DNA of 64,000 bases, taken from Trichinella spiralis. Lineage: Eukaryota. The notes beneath the pieces are model-generated. The model was not told the origin of the DNA and searched no databases. It was given only the letters and a program-made list of their open reading frames with translations. Positions 46,581 to 59,805 of the stretch are shown here, piece after piece. Numbering within the stretch: the stretch's first letter is position 1; the number at the start of each line of letters is the position of its first letter. The translations under genes were made by a program, and so were the position numbers. The stretch covers positions 2,129,848 to 2,193,847 of the forward strand of contig NW_003526945.1 of assembly GCF_000181795.1 (NCBI RefSeq). The letters are read 5' to 3'.

Positions 46581-49500
46581 TCTTTTTTCTTTCAAAGAAA
46601 GCACATTCAGGGACAATCACAACACATAGAAGTGTACTGACTGTGCTTTTGCAAGAAACCGAACCTGTTAAGCCCGTATAAAACGCACACATCCTGAACA
46701 CCTTATTGAGCCATAGGTTCAACATAGCAACTTCTTCGACGAATAACTTCGAATTCCTACAAGATAATTCATAGCAGTTCAATCAGATGAAGAAGCATGG
46801 TTGAGAAGCCATTCGAAAAACAGCATATCATTCATCATCATCATCATCATCATCAACCCTACGGTCGATGAAACCTGTACGTGTACTGTATGTAAATATA
46901 ATAAAGTATCATTGGAACAATTTATACATTTCGAGCTTCTTTTTGCAATAATTTCTTGAAATAGCCACTCTTATTCATTTATGAAAAAAAGAAAGTGTAT
47001 ACTTATATCCTCATAAAAGGTGATGTCAAAAATCGTATCTATGTATATATATATATATATATATGAAAGGATCTTTAAAAATACAAACCAAACAAAATGT
47101 GTAAAATTCACAAAATTTGTCATTTCACTGGGAACAAAAAGTGAACAACCACAATAATTATTCAGTAGACAACAGTAGACAATAATTATTGAAATCAAAA
47201 ATTACCTTAGTAGCGCAAACAAAACAAGATGTCACCAATTTGGCTATTTCGTTCATCAAATTTTTCGTCTCTTGTATAACGCTGTCTACCTGTAAATTGA
47301 AATAAACAAAATATATCCATTTGATTGATTTCATTGAACGAACATTTCTGCAATATTTATTTTTTGCAACATACTTTATTAAATGTAGCCAATTTGCCAA
47401 CAGTGGGACTTTTCACAAGAACCTGAAGCTGTTGACAATGGGTTGGAATGCGTTCAAGAGTTTGAAGCAATTCATTTTTTTCCGCACTGCCTGGCACCTG
47501 AGCAAATTATTATAAATGCAAATTGAAAAAAAAATTTTTTTTAATAAATGAAATTAATCGAATTTACTTCGTAGCAAAATTCACGAACGTTCCTGTACAT
47601 TTTGTTCGCTTCTTCGGCAAAAAATTCCGCTTGCGTGAACAAATCGTGCGTGGTTTTGAGCGGCCCGTCACCACGGGTGAACAAATACATATTGTAAGCC
47701 ATGGAAGACATGCTTTTCGCACGCTTGACAATATCATTTTCCGCATACTCGTCCCATTTTTCCGCTTCTGCATCCACCTCAGACGTCAACAATTTCATTT
47801 CCAAACCAAGTTTCGCTATTTTTTGTTGTTCCTATTCAAAAGCATACATACAATACAATAAAATCATGCAATGTTAAACAATACTTTCAGATCAGTAAAC
47901 AAACAAACAAATAAATAAATAAATAAATAACACTCATTAACCTCTGTATCCAAAACGGTCGCCTTCAACACTGGCTTTGCTGTGCTGCCGTGTTTCTAAA
48001 AATCATGATATTAAAATTCAAACATATTTATTTATTTATTTAAAAATTCATCCATTTTTACAACAATAAAACAGCAAACACGACATATTTTTGCATTTAT
48101 TAATTATTAAAACTCTCATTCTCGCACAGATTGAACCCTTTTTTTCTGACATATTCCAATTCGACATTTCGACATTCGGTGCAATTGCTGCATATCAAAA
48201 AAATAATTATAAAGTTAAACAGCACTAAGAGAAAAGAAAATTGATATTAAATATCTAAATTTCAGCGGACAGTTTTGCACATATGACGACAAACATTATT
48301 GATTTAAAATGTGATATTCACTGCAAAACAATTTTTTAAACTACTTATGGAAAATCGTAGTGAAGAAAAATAAAATTTATAATTCATTTTCAACAAATGA
48401 ATGAAAATAAATCGATATTTCAACCAAGCATATGAGCAGAAAGTATCCCTCTCCTGATTGATAAAAGCCACATGAACAGCCAAAGTGAAACAGCTGTTTG
48501 CCAGAAGCATGCATCCATCTATTTATCTATCTATAGACAGCTAAGGGAGATCTCTAGATTGCACGGATGAGCAATGCAATCGACTTAATTTCGACAAACC
48601 TCATCGAAATAAATTTAACTGAATATGAATTTATGCGTAATTATAATATTCAATCAAAAGTAGAACTTGAAAATTCTTGCATGAAAGCTAAAAAATTTCT
48701 ACTGATCAATTTTAACAACCTAAGGACAATAACTTTAAGGAAAAACTAAAATAAATAAATAAATAAATAAATATAATTTTAAAAAATTAAACTAATTAAT
48801 TTGGCAAAATTTTCAAATTGCAAATAATTAACACAAAAACGTATAGGTTTCACGAAGAAAACATGTGGAAGAAAAATGTGTAAAAATAATCAAGAAGAAA
48901 ATATAACAAAGCAAATAGTGTCTTACTCCAGGCTTTGGAAGTGACATGTAGGATTGTTTTTCGGCCACCTGACGTCCATGGCAAGCTACATCGACTTCCT
49001 TAGCAAGACGAGCCAATTCATTAATGGCCAGCGACCACGTTTCACAGAACACTTGCAAATTTTCACGTGCTATTCGACTAGATGGATGTAAACAGAACGT
49101 TCGCCCAGATAAGATTGTCTGAGAAAAAGAGAATCAAACATGCAGAATAAAAGAGAACAATAATGCCACAGCAATACCAAAGGAGCCAAAGCTCTGAGAT
49201 TTCGTTCCGAATGACCAGTGCGCACGTGAAGTGATTCAGTCAATGAAATGTGATGTAAAAGACGACAAACCTTGAAAATAAATAAATAAATAAATAAATA
49301 AATACAATATGAATAAAAATAAGAATGAATGAATGAATGAATAACCTCTTCCATGTGATTAGCATGGTCACGAAACCGTTCGATAAATTGTTCCACACCA
49401 TCCACATCGCCAGATACTGAACAAGCTTTTATGCTGGATGTGATCACTTCGTCTTCGTCAGAGCGAAAAACATCCGTCGCCTGATCCAAAGCAACCAGCT

Positions 49501-52500
49501 GCAACTGTTTGCGAAGATCTTTGCAAACTTTAGAAATTCGTACAACCAAACTGTCCACATCGTCCGGTCGGATTGGTCCGTTTTCACCCTGCAAAATCAA
49601 ATGATAAAAAATAAATTCACAAAAAAGGAATTCACAGACGAACCATTTCTGGTTGCAATATGTTGGAAAGCTGTGTGCGGATTTCTCCGAGAAAATCGAT
49701 GATTTGTTCACGATGGTGATGATGCGTGTAGGCAGAATCGGTGAAATCTTGAGTCATTTCACACAAGGCATTCAAAGCGCCGAATATACGCTCCTGAACA
49801 CCCAAGCCGACATTACCCGTCAAGCGAACCATCTCAAGGGTATCCTAAAGGAATTGTTGCATCAAGAATTTTTCAATTTTGATGAAGCATCAATAATTTG
49901 AAAAAAAAACAAAACTAACCAAAAATTGTTTGATAGCAATATCCGCTGTCAACTGCAAACCGATGTCGAACGGTTCTTCTTCTGGTCTTACGGAAGCACA
50001 ATAACGTGCAGGGTCGTACGGGTAAACGCCCTCACAAACGCACAACGCAATCAATTGTAAAGCTGAACGAATCTGTCTGAAAACGCAATTCCGCACTTGA
50101 CGAGCCGAATCACATTCTGGATGTCTCAACGTGGTCTTAATAAAATATAATAAAACAATAATAAGTAATTAAAGTAGAAAATTCTCAGCAACAAAGTAAC
50201 CTTAGACGAGGTGAGAAGAAGCATGGTATACTTTTCCAAAATCGACCGACCCATCTGCATTTGAGCACGCCTCTTTTCACCTTTCAAATCCTATAAAATA
50301 AACATATATAATAATGATAATAAATATAATTGAAATCGTAGAAAAGTTCTACTTGTTGACGATCACCGGTTTTGTGTGCCAAATCGACCATTTCACCGCC
50401 GAATTGTGTGAACAGCTTTACAAATTCAGTAAAATTATTCGTGCTTTCCAATCTGGACAGAGTGTAGACGACCTTCAATAATGAATAATCATATGAACAT
50501 ATTAATAATAATAATAATAATAAATTTTTTTTCTTCAAAACAAACTTTATCTTCAGCACAAATGATCTGCTTAACAAGCACACGGTCGGCCAACAGCAGC
50601 ACTCTGGTTACACTTGAAAGAAGCTGCCTCGTTGCACGAACCAAAAAATTACGATCCACCACAGAACCGTTGTTGAAATCGGAAATCGTTTTCGACGACA
50701 ACGATGCTATTGCTGCGCCTTCAAAATTAATCAAATTCCATTTCAAAAATTTAAATATGAACAAAGCATATTAAATCAACAATCATACGTGCATACAGTA
50801 ACAAATATGATTGTCAATTTTCAATCGATTTTTTTTAACTTTCAATCTACAGTCAGTTAATTCACTCGTATCTATTAACTATTCGAATAATACTTTTTCG
50901 TTTTCTTTATTTTTAAATAAAGCAACATAAATCGAAGCGTGTAATAAATTAATAATGTGATATTATTTTCACCAATAAAAACTGAACACAACTTTCGCTC
51001 AAATTTTCAATTGATTTCCCCCAACTGTGCAAAATCAACACTCCAATTTGCCGATGTCAATTCATTAAACTTGTAAATAAGTTTTTCCAACTGCGTTCAA
51101 TTTAGCGCATGCAAAAATTAAAATTTCATAAACAAAACAAATAAAACACGACTCAGATTGTACAACGCTTGACATAAACAAGCTAATTTATCAGCTTCTC
51201 GAATAAAATTGTTCTTCTCGAATCAGATTCGCCTCAAATACTCAACTGAATTTCGGATTAAATTTCCCCTATTCCCTCATTTCGACTCGAATCAATAATC
51301 ATAAGACAACACCATGCATGAGTACGCTTTATCAATAAATCTCCACTCAGGTGTTGCGGCTAATTTCATGTTTACTACATTTGCACTCAATGCAAACTGC
51401 AAAAACAATGCATTCAACTTTCTCCAAAACAAAGCAGTTATTCAACACTAAAAAGAAACAAACATTCTGTTTGTTGACAATATCAAGAAGAACAAAATTA
51501 AAAAAAAATTCATTAAAAAATTCGATATTTTCATTTTTACTAAATAATATTATTTATTTTATTTTATATAAATAAATGAATCCATTTTTACAATCATACT
51601 CTAAAATCCAATGGCAATGGACAATTCACGTAAACTAGAATAAAAATTAACCATTAAAATTGTAAATTAATTTTATCACTGATGAAAAGAAATTATAATT
51701 TCAAAGTTACACATTGGTTGTGAATTTAAGCATTATTATTATACGTTGAAAATTATTACAAGAGTCGCAACATTTAAATAAAACTTGCCATGCAACAGAA
51801 CAACGCTTAACATGCCCTTAACAAATAGTTCACTTTTACAAAATCAGCTTAAACTCTACGTTGTAAATGTGAATGCCTTCAAATCATTTGAAAACAAAAG
51901 TACTCAACCTAGTGACGCAAAGTGATAAATGAACATGTAAATGCTAGACTATAATGTTATAGGAAATTTCTTTTTTGTGTTTAGTCAGCTTTATAATTAG
52001 TTATAAACGCGCAGCAGGGAGAGAGAAAAAAAAGCATGCCAACTACGTGCAGAAACGGCGCCGGCTTGATCGAAATCATCAAAACGAAAGCTTTCAAGCC
52101 AAAAGCCGAACATAGTCAATTATTTATTACAACGCGTTGCTGGCTTGAATGAGCAATTAAAATTGCATATCAATCAATCGTTCGCTTTACCTGCACTGCG
52201 AGCTTCCTGGCATGCATCATACATTTCCGGTTGGATTTCCACATGTTCATCAGCGATGCTTTCGCCGACGGTCACGAAACGCTCAACGGCTGCTTGAACG
52301 CAAAAACCAACCTAAAAGCAGTGACAAGTTGAAACGCAAACGAGCTTCGTATTAAAAGCAAAATTCTAACACATCACAACATGTACCACAGAATTGGGCT
52401 GCATGCTTGCTTGTTCATCAAACGGAGACAATTTAAGCAAAATAAAAAAAAGCACTCAAGCAAAACAGCTTGTTTGAGGGAAAATCGAAACAGAAAAAGC

Positions 52501-53129
52501 GCTAGAATCAACAACATCTCAGACGTCTGATTTGACCAACAATAATAAGACGAGAAGCATAATTTCAGAGCAAATAAGAGACAAAATGGCGCGTTGATGA
52601 AATCAAACAACAAGTACGTGTCTGGAAGAATGAATTACGTGTTTTAGCGTTACAGAAATATTACTGACAAACTTGACGACAAGCAACACGTCAATAAAAA
52701 TAACATTTGCAATCATGAATAAGAAAATCGACCCGATCAAAACAAACCCATGGCCACTTCAAAATACTACGAGCACAGAATGCATTTCAAACATAACCAA
52801 CAATATTACAGCAAGCAGTGTGAGGTGAACATTTTCCTACTGTAAAAAACAAATAAAAGAGAAAGAAAACCAGCACCTTCATGATCGCTTTTAATGTCTT
52901 TTCAGATTTGATTTTTCCATAGTACTTTTCTCGATGATTTACCAAAGTGGTGATCTAGATCAAAGTGGAAATAAGAGTTTAAATTTTCATTTGACCGAAA
53001 CAAAAAGGTTAACGAAAAAACGAACACAACGTGTTCAACCTGTGATACGAGCGGTACAAGAGTTCGTTCAATTGATTTGGTTTTGATTTCTAACGTTCGA
53101 GGATCGAATTTAGTTGCTTGACGTGCCAT
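45898..53129 (-). CDS. ctn-1: Alpha-catulin (vinculin/alpha-catenin family), ~768 aa; exons 53129-53040, 52954-52877, 52311-52191, 50718-50546, 50472-50353, 50290-50201, 50135-49920, 49844-49644, 49588-49346, 49270-49178, 49118-48927, 47995-47942, 47831-47568, 47497-47375, 47289-47206, 46062-45898
   Basis: LEIKTKSIERTLVPLVSQITTLVNH, LLSSVTRVLLLADRV, TQDFTDSAYT, ENDIVKRAKSMSSMAYNMYLFTRGDGPLKTTHDLF, KVDSVIQETKNLMN. All introns are GT-AG and exons sum to 2307 nt. Probable 5'UTR exons lie near 53550-53657. Confidence 0.94.
46548..46579. repeat. (TAGA)n microsatellite in the last alpha-catulin intron
   Basis: Direct reading of the sequence. Confidence 0.9.
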
Positions 53130-54878
53130 TTTGCTGAGTAATAGTAAAAAATATTTTAATAACTGAGAAACGCAACTGACAGCGAACCAAACCGATCCAA
53201 CTCCGACCACACTTCAAAGCTCATTAGTCACACGAGTGTCCCGGCCGGAAATCTGTAGCAGTTCAAACAAAATGCGCAGGTATTATTTTTATAATTTGCA
53301 GCTGATAATTGCTTTATAATGAATAAATATGAATAATATTGTGATATTTAATAATTTTCGAATTTAATTTCAGAAAATTAAATATAAATTTTAATTTTAA
53401 TTTTAACGTAAGTGATTTTATTATTAACATATGATGACGATTGTTTTTCTTCAAAAAATTTGTTTCACCATAATGCGAATTAATTATTTTTACACGTTTC
53501 TCTGATGATGAACACTTATGATGTTGAATATATTATTATAGCCGACCTATAAATAGGCATTCTTAAGCCCGTTTGAAGAACGAGTGCATTTTGAGCCAAT
53601 GCTTAGCAGAGAGCTTCCGGCAGAATTGATTTTCCTCTCCTATCAGTGATAACAATCTGGAAAGAAAACATTAGACTGATAGAAATCATCAACAACATTA
53701 TTTCAACTTTTATAATAAAAGTTTGGAAAAAATAATGAGATTAAATTCTATACAAATTATTATTTTTTAATGAAAATTTACGAACAAATTGCGATGCGCC
53801 TGTTATTGTAAAAGTAACATTGTCCATTAAAATTTCTGAGTAATGAATGAATGAATCTGATATAAAAAAGAAATTTAGTCCATACTGCTGCACAAAATAT
53901 ACAATTTCTAATTAACAAAACAAGAATATGATAGATTTGGATAAAAATACCTTACGCTTAATAAGTAAGATTAGCTGTAAAGTTTTTTTTATTTTCTGAT
54001 TTTTTTTCATTAATCAAATTGTTGGATGTATAATTTATAATTGGAATGGTCCACTTTGGGCAAAATTTTCACCAAATTTTGATTAAAAAGTCAATATAAC
54101 TATGAAATAATAATTATTTTCACTACTAATGTTACGTCACTCGTATTAAAGCTACGTAAACCTAAATGGAAATGTTTGAACCAATAAAATGGAAAGCTGT
54201 AGTAGCTAATCACAGAAAATTAGTTTGAATCAATGAGCAATCAGACAAGAAAAACCAATAAGACTACTGTGTGAAGGTCCAATAAGATAGCGCGTTAAAC
54301 GACCAGTAAGAAAAGGTAGTGAAAATTTCACCTGACGTAAACCAAATCCTTGTAATTTAATGAAAATAGTGGCAATAACAATAAAATAAAATTTAAAATT
54401 ATTTTTACTTAAAGAAACTTCAAGAAAGTGTGAGATGAAAAACTAAAACAAAAAATATTTAATGCAGGCTTGTTTGGTAGAAAATAAGGCAGTGATGCAA
54501 AACAGAACGGCTTTAAAATTGCTGGCTAAATATTAAATGCATAATCATTCAATAAAACATAAATTTAACGAGTTTAAATGTCGTTATTATAAAATACAGA
54601 GATGGGTGATAAAAACTGTTGTTAATTATACTTGATTTTCAATTTTACTATAAGCAAATTACAGAATTTTGCAAAATCATTTGTTTTATTATCTATAATA
54701 TACAATTTATTTATTATATCAATTTCAAAAACATGAAAACAATAATACAATTTTTTATTTTGTAATTTTTTCTATTTAGTGGCAAAATTGTTTCGTCAAA
54801 AATTTTACCGACTGAATAGTTTTGAAAAAGTTACAATTTCACGCAATTTCTGTTTGAAATTTTATTCAAATCGTAAAT

Positions 54879-56270
54879 ATGTACGAATTTTCCGACTATA
54901 TTTTATTCGCCGTCATCCTGTTCTCATCTCAACTGATCGTTCACCTGGTTAACATCGTCGTACCCGCACCTTTTATTGACGAGATTTTTCATATCGGTCA
55001 ACTAAACCATTATTGTGCAGGCGACTTTGCTTATTGGAATAGCAAGATCACTACACCACCCGGCCTGTATGTTATGACGTTATTTTTCGTGCCCATGCTC
55101 GATTCTGTTTATGGAATCCAGGATGTGCGAAGCAGTTGTTCGTTGGAAACGGTGCGCTATTTTAATTCATTCTTCACTGCTGCATTATACTTGATCAGTG
55201 TCAAACTGATGCAGTCGGTTCACGAGAACTATTGTTCATCTGCTAATTTGAAAAACCGAGCCATGATGCAGTTAACTGCCTTGAACGTGACGATTTTTCC
55301 ACTTTGTTTTTTCTACACATTTCTGTATTACACCGATGTGTTATCGCTATTTCTGGTTAGCTGGACGTATCTTTTAGCGAGGCTTCACTATTACAACTGT
55401 AGCGCATTTGTTGGATTGTTGTCCTGTTGTGTTCGACAGAGTAATATCGTTTGGGTGGCATTTTCTGCCGCCTGTGCTTTGTTGGATCAAGTGGAAATCA
55501 TCGGCAAAAGAAACGACATTGCTCGACCGTTGGAATTGGTATCGTTGAATCAAGTGATCAGTGTTCTGTGGTCGGATTTTGGTATTTTCAAAGCACTTCT
55601 TTGTTCATTATTATCTTACATTCTTGTTGGCATTGGCTTCGTCGTTTTCGTTTACAAAAACAACGGAATAGCGTTGGGCGATCGTCAGGCGCATCAGTTA
55701 TCCTTTCACCTGGTGCAGGTTGCCTATTGCGTGGTTGTTTTCCTTGTTTTCAACGTTGCCGTCCTACTACCAAAACTCGACATTTATGGATTGTTGCTTT
55801 GGGCTAAAAGACGAAAGATGCTTTTTTCAATGCTTGTTATTGGTTCGGCTGTTTCCATTGCTCTGTTCACCTACGCGCATCCATATCTGCTGGCCGACAA
55901 TCGTCATTTGACGTTTTACATCTGGCGTCGGTGGTTCATGGCCCACTGGAGTGCAAAGTACTTGCTGATGCCGGTTTACTTTTTGTGCCTCACTGCTGTG
56001 CACAGATCGTTGGAGATGCATTCGTTTTGTTGGAAAATATTATTTTGGCTCACACTGGCATTGGTGACCGTACCAAATCGTCTATTGGAACTGCGCTATT
56101 TCATCACACCGTATTACATGTGGCGTATCCACGCGAAGGTCCAAAGCATGAAGACATTATTATTTGAATTCACGTACAGCGTGTTGATAAATTGTGCTTG
56201 TTTGATTTTATTTTTCTACAAAACGTTCAGTTGGCCTGACGAACAACATTTGCAACGTATTATTTTTTGA
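54879..56270 (+). CDS. ALG10: Dol-P-Glc:Glc2Man9GlcNAc2-PP-Dol alpha-1,2-glucosyltransferase (DIE2/ALG10), 463 aa, single coding exon
   Basis: PFIDEIFHIGQ, WNSKITTPPGLY, FLYYTDVLS, RQSNIVW, NNGIALGDRQAH, HPYLLADNRHLTFYIWRR, LLELRYFITP and C-terminal QRIIF. Multi-pass hydrophobic profile. AATAAA at 56299. Confidence 0.97.
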   Translation: MYEFSDYILFAVILFSSQLIVHLVNIVVPAPFIDEIFHIGQLNHYCAGDFAYWNSKITTPPGLYVMTLFFVPMLDSVYGIQDVRSSCSLETVRYFNSFFTAALYLISVKLMQSVHENYCSSANLKNRAMMQLTALNVTIFPLCFFYTFLYYTDVLSLFLVSWTYLLARLHYYNCSAFVGLLSCCVRQSNIVWVAFSAACALLDQVEIIGKRNDIARPLELVSLNQVISVLWSDFGIFKALLCSLLSYILVGIGFVVFVYKNNGIALGDRQAHQLSFHLVQVAYCVVVFLVFNVAVLLPKLDIYGLLLWAKRRKMLFSMLVIGSAVSIALFTYAHPYLLADNRHLTFYIWRRWFMAHWSAKYLLMPVYFLCLTAVHRSLEMHSFCWKILFWLTLALVTVPNRLLELRYFITPYYMWRIHAKVQSMKTLLFEFTYSVLINCACLILFFYKTFSWPDEQHLQRIIF

Positions 56271-57840
56271 AATTTTCTCTAGCATTTTTCTTTTGTTCAA
56301 TAAATGATACTATTAGTATATGGAAAAAAGATGATAATGAATTTCGTTCTTTGTCTAAACGTTCTCCGTGTTTGATTTATCTTGATCAATAAAAAATTTA
56401 TGCGCAATTTCTCATTTCTGGGGTTAAATGAGCTTGTTCTCAACCTAGTTTCTTCTGCCTCATTTAGTCGAGGCTCATATCAGCCGAACATCTACGAAGA
56501 TAATACGGATATCACTTCGGAAAGCAGGCGATCCTCGGCTGAAAGTTCGAAATTCGTAGAACAACTATGCTTACTGCACCTATGATGAGGATGAATAATG
56601 GCTGAAAGAAGATCTAACTGTTCGTGAGAACAGTGCCATAGAGCCCACAGTACGCAATGTTACCTATCCAGACTTGCTACAGTAATTCTCTTCTCAGTAA
56701 AACCATTATTCTTGTTTCGACTGGCCATAGTATGTAAATGTTTCCATACATTAACGTTGAATAAATGATTTCTGCTTCAAACAGTAATGCGCCACGCACA
56801 ATGGTACACTTGGAGTCGATAGTCTCAACCGATGTGTTCAGACGGTCTTCCGCTTCTGTTCACACACATGGTGTGAGAGATACGCAATTTATTGCGACAC
56901 AAACAATAAGCAAAACACAAATGCACACGCACATACAGACAAACAAACAAAATCATAGCAACCAACCAAGCGCACAACAACGTGTTCCCAATACCGTCTC
57001 ATCCCTGATTTTCAGGCACAAACTGGTATACGGTACTTTTTATTGCTAAAATCATCATCTGAAATTACACTTATATGTAATTAAAATGACTTTATTGGAT
57101 GCGTGTTGCAATCTGAAATATGCTGAAACAAAGAACAGTCACAAACAAACAGCATAATGAAATTTTAAAATGAACATAAAAATACAAAATATACTTGAAA
57201 ACATAACACTTTCAATTTATTATTTTTCTCATAGACTGATTTTAACCATCTTCATAAACTATTGCTGCGAATGAAATCTACATTGCTCTTAATGAATAAA
57301 ATTAATGCGCATTATTAAATACTGTATTCAGTGATTCGAGAAACTTTTTAAGAACTGAATTTGAATAATTAAATTTCATTTTGGTTATTTGATACTTACT
57401 TTTCAAATGTCACAAAAACTCTACTATACCAAGGCCAAAATAACTGTACTGCAGACCAGTTAACTCCAGTAGCAACTATCAGACTAAGGAATCTGATTCT
57501 AAGCTAACAAGCAGTAGTTAGCGAACATGATAAACTAAACCGGGAACAATACTATGCCAATTAGAAAGTCTTTTTTGTAATAGTAGAATGACGAAAAATT
57601 TTTTCAAATACATAGAAAGAATTTATGAACAAAACATTTTTTTCATTATTCTATATTTTATTGTTCCATAATGAAATAAAATAAAATGTAATAATTATAA
57701 CTGAGGAAAAACAGTACAAATACAACAACAACAAGAACGACAAGTATAAACAATATATAAGTGAACAATTTCAACAGAGTGAAAGCAACAAAAAATAAAA
57801 ATTCCCAATCAAAAAGTTTCATGTACTTTCTCATAAAAAT

Positions 57841-58580
57841 CAACGGATTCACGAGGTGGCCTGGAGCTTGGCCTACCGGCGACATAATTCGGAGTTACCA
57901 GCCGAGTCATCAACAATTGATGCAACAATTTCCGGTATACATGTACAGGGATGTATATATGAATATGGGCAACCACATCAACATATCGATCTTATGCCGG
58001 TAAGTTCTATCCGGCGTTCGGAATAGATGCCGTACATGTTACGCTGCAGCCAACGGATTCACGAGGTGGCCTGGAACTTGGCTTACCGGCGACATAATTC
58101 GGAGTTCCCAGTGGAGTCATCACCAATTGAGGCAACAATTTCCGGTATACATATACAGGGATGTATATTTGGATATAGGCAACTACATCAACATATCGAT
58201 CTTATCGCATTAATTTTTACGTGGCATGCGGAATATGAAGGTTGTCCTTTCCGCGATATCACAGTAACAATGGTAGCTCGAACATTCTAGTACAATTCGA
58301 TCACACGTTTCGGCGTTCCAGCTGAGTGACCACCGATAGAAGCAAACACTTTGATTCAAACACATGAGCTACAGACAAGAAGCTGCTGCTAGGCTGCCAA
58401 CATATCCGCTCGTCCATGTACCATCCACAACCCAACGTCATTGTCGAGCGTTTCGAACAGCATCTTCAGCATTCATGTACGACTGCTTCGACGCTGTACT
58501 TGGTGTTCAGTGGACAACGGCACTGTCGTTGATATTGCTGCGCTCACTATTACGCACCCATGCGCTCAAGGAAGATCTAA
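57841..58580 (+). mobile_element. Ty3/Gypsy-type integrase pseudogene fragment, copy 1 (includes ~1.7 copies of the 210-bp unit)
   Basis: Frameshifted pieces: GFTRWPGAWPTGDI, HIDL, PFRDITVTMVARTF*YNSITRFGVPA, YHPQPNVIVERFEQHL, QWTTALSLILL...ALKEDL. All parallel the rve integrase core consensus. Confidence 0.8.
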
Positions 58581-59805
58581 CTGTTCGTGAGAACAGTGCT
58601 ATAGAGCCCACAGTACGCAATGTTACCCATCCAGACTTGCTACAGTAATTCTCTTCTCAATAAAACCATTATTCTTGTTTCGACTGGCGATAGTATGTAA
58701 ATGTTTCCATACATTAACGTTGAATAAATGATTTCTGCTTCAAACAGTAATGCGCCACGCACAATGGTACACTTGGAGTCGATAGTCTCAACCGATGTGT
58801 TCGGACGGTCTTCCGCTTCTGTTTACACACATGGTGTGAGAAATACGCAATTTATTGCGACACAAACAATAAGCAAAACACAAATGCACACGCACATACA
58901 GACAAACAAACAAAATCATAGCAAACCAACCAAGCGCACAACAACGTGTTCCCAATACCGTCTCATCCCTGATTTTCAGGCACAAACTGGTATACGGTAC
59001 TTTTTATTGAAAAAATCATCATCTGAAATTACACTTATATGTAATTAAAATGACTTTATTGGATGCGTGTTTCAATCTGAAATATGCTGAAACAAAGAAC
59101 AGTCACAAACAAACAGCATAATGAAATTTTAAAATGAACATAAAAATACAAAATATACTTGAAAACATAACACTTTCAATTTATTATTTTTCTTATAGAC
59201 TGATTTTAACCATCTTCATAAACTATTGCTGCGAATGAAATCTACATTGCTCTTAATGAATAAAATTAATGCGCATTATTAAATACTGTATTCAGTGATT
59301 CGAGAAACTTATTAAGAACTGAATTTGAATAATTAAATTTCATTTTGGTTATTTGATACTTACTTTTCAAATGTCACAAAAACTCGACTATACCAAGGCC
59401 AAAATAACTGTACTGCAGATCACTTAACTCCAGTAGCAACTATCAGACTAAGAAATCTGATTCTAAGCTAACAAGCAGTAGTTAGCGAACATGATAAACT
59501 AAACCGGGAACAATACTATGCCAATTAGAAAGTCTTTTTTGTAATAGTAGAATGACGAAAAATTTTTTCAAATACATAGAAAGAATTTATGAACAAAACA
59601 TTTTTTTCATTATTCTATATTTTATTGTTCCATAATGAAATAAAATAAAATGTAATAATTATAACTGAGGAAAAACAGTACAAATACAACAACAACAAGA
59701 ACGACAAGTATAAACAATATATAAGTGAACAATTTCAACAGAGTGAAAGCAACAAAAAATAAAAATTCCCAATCAAAAAGTTTCATGTACTTTCTCATAA
59801 AAAAT

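Noticed and set aside
53545..53660. GC-richer island that might be an ncRNA
   Set aside because: It is bounded by minus-strand acceptor and donor signals and is more simply a 5'UTR exon of alpha-catulin.
56765..57049. Repeated 94-aa ORF (MISASNSNAPR...) in block A
   Set aside because: Its recurrence only reflects the duplication; it is frameshifted in copy 2 and has no recognisable motif.
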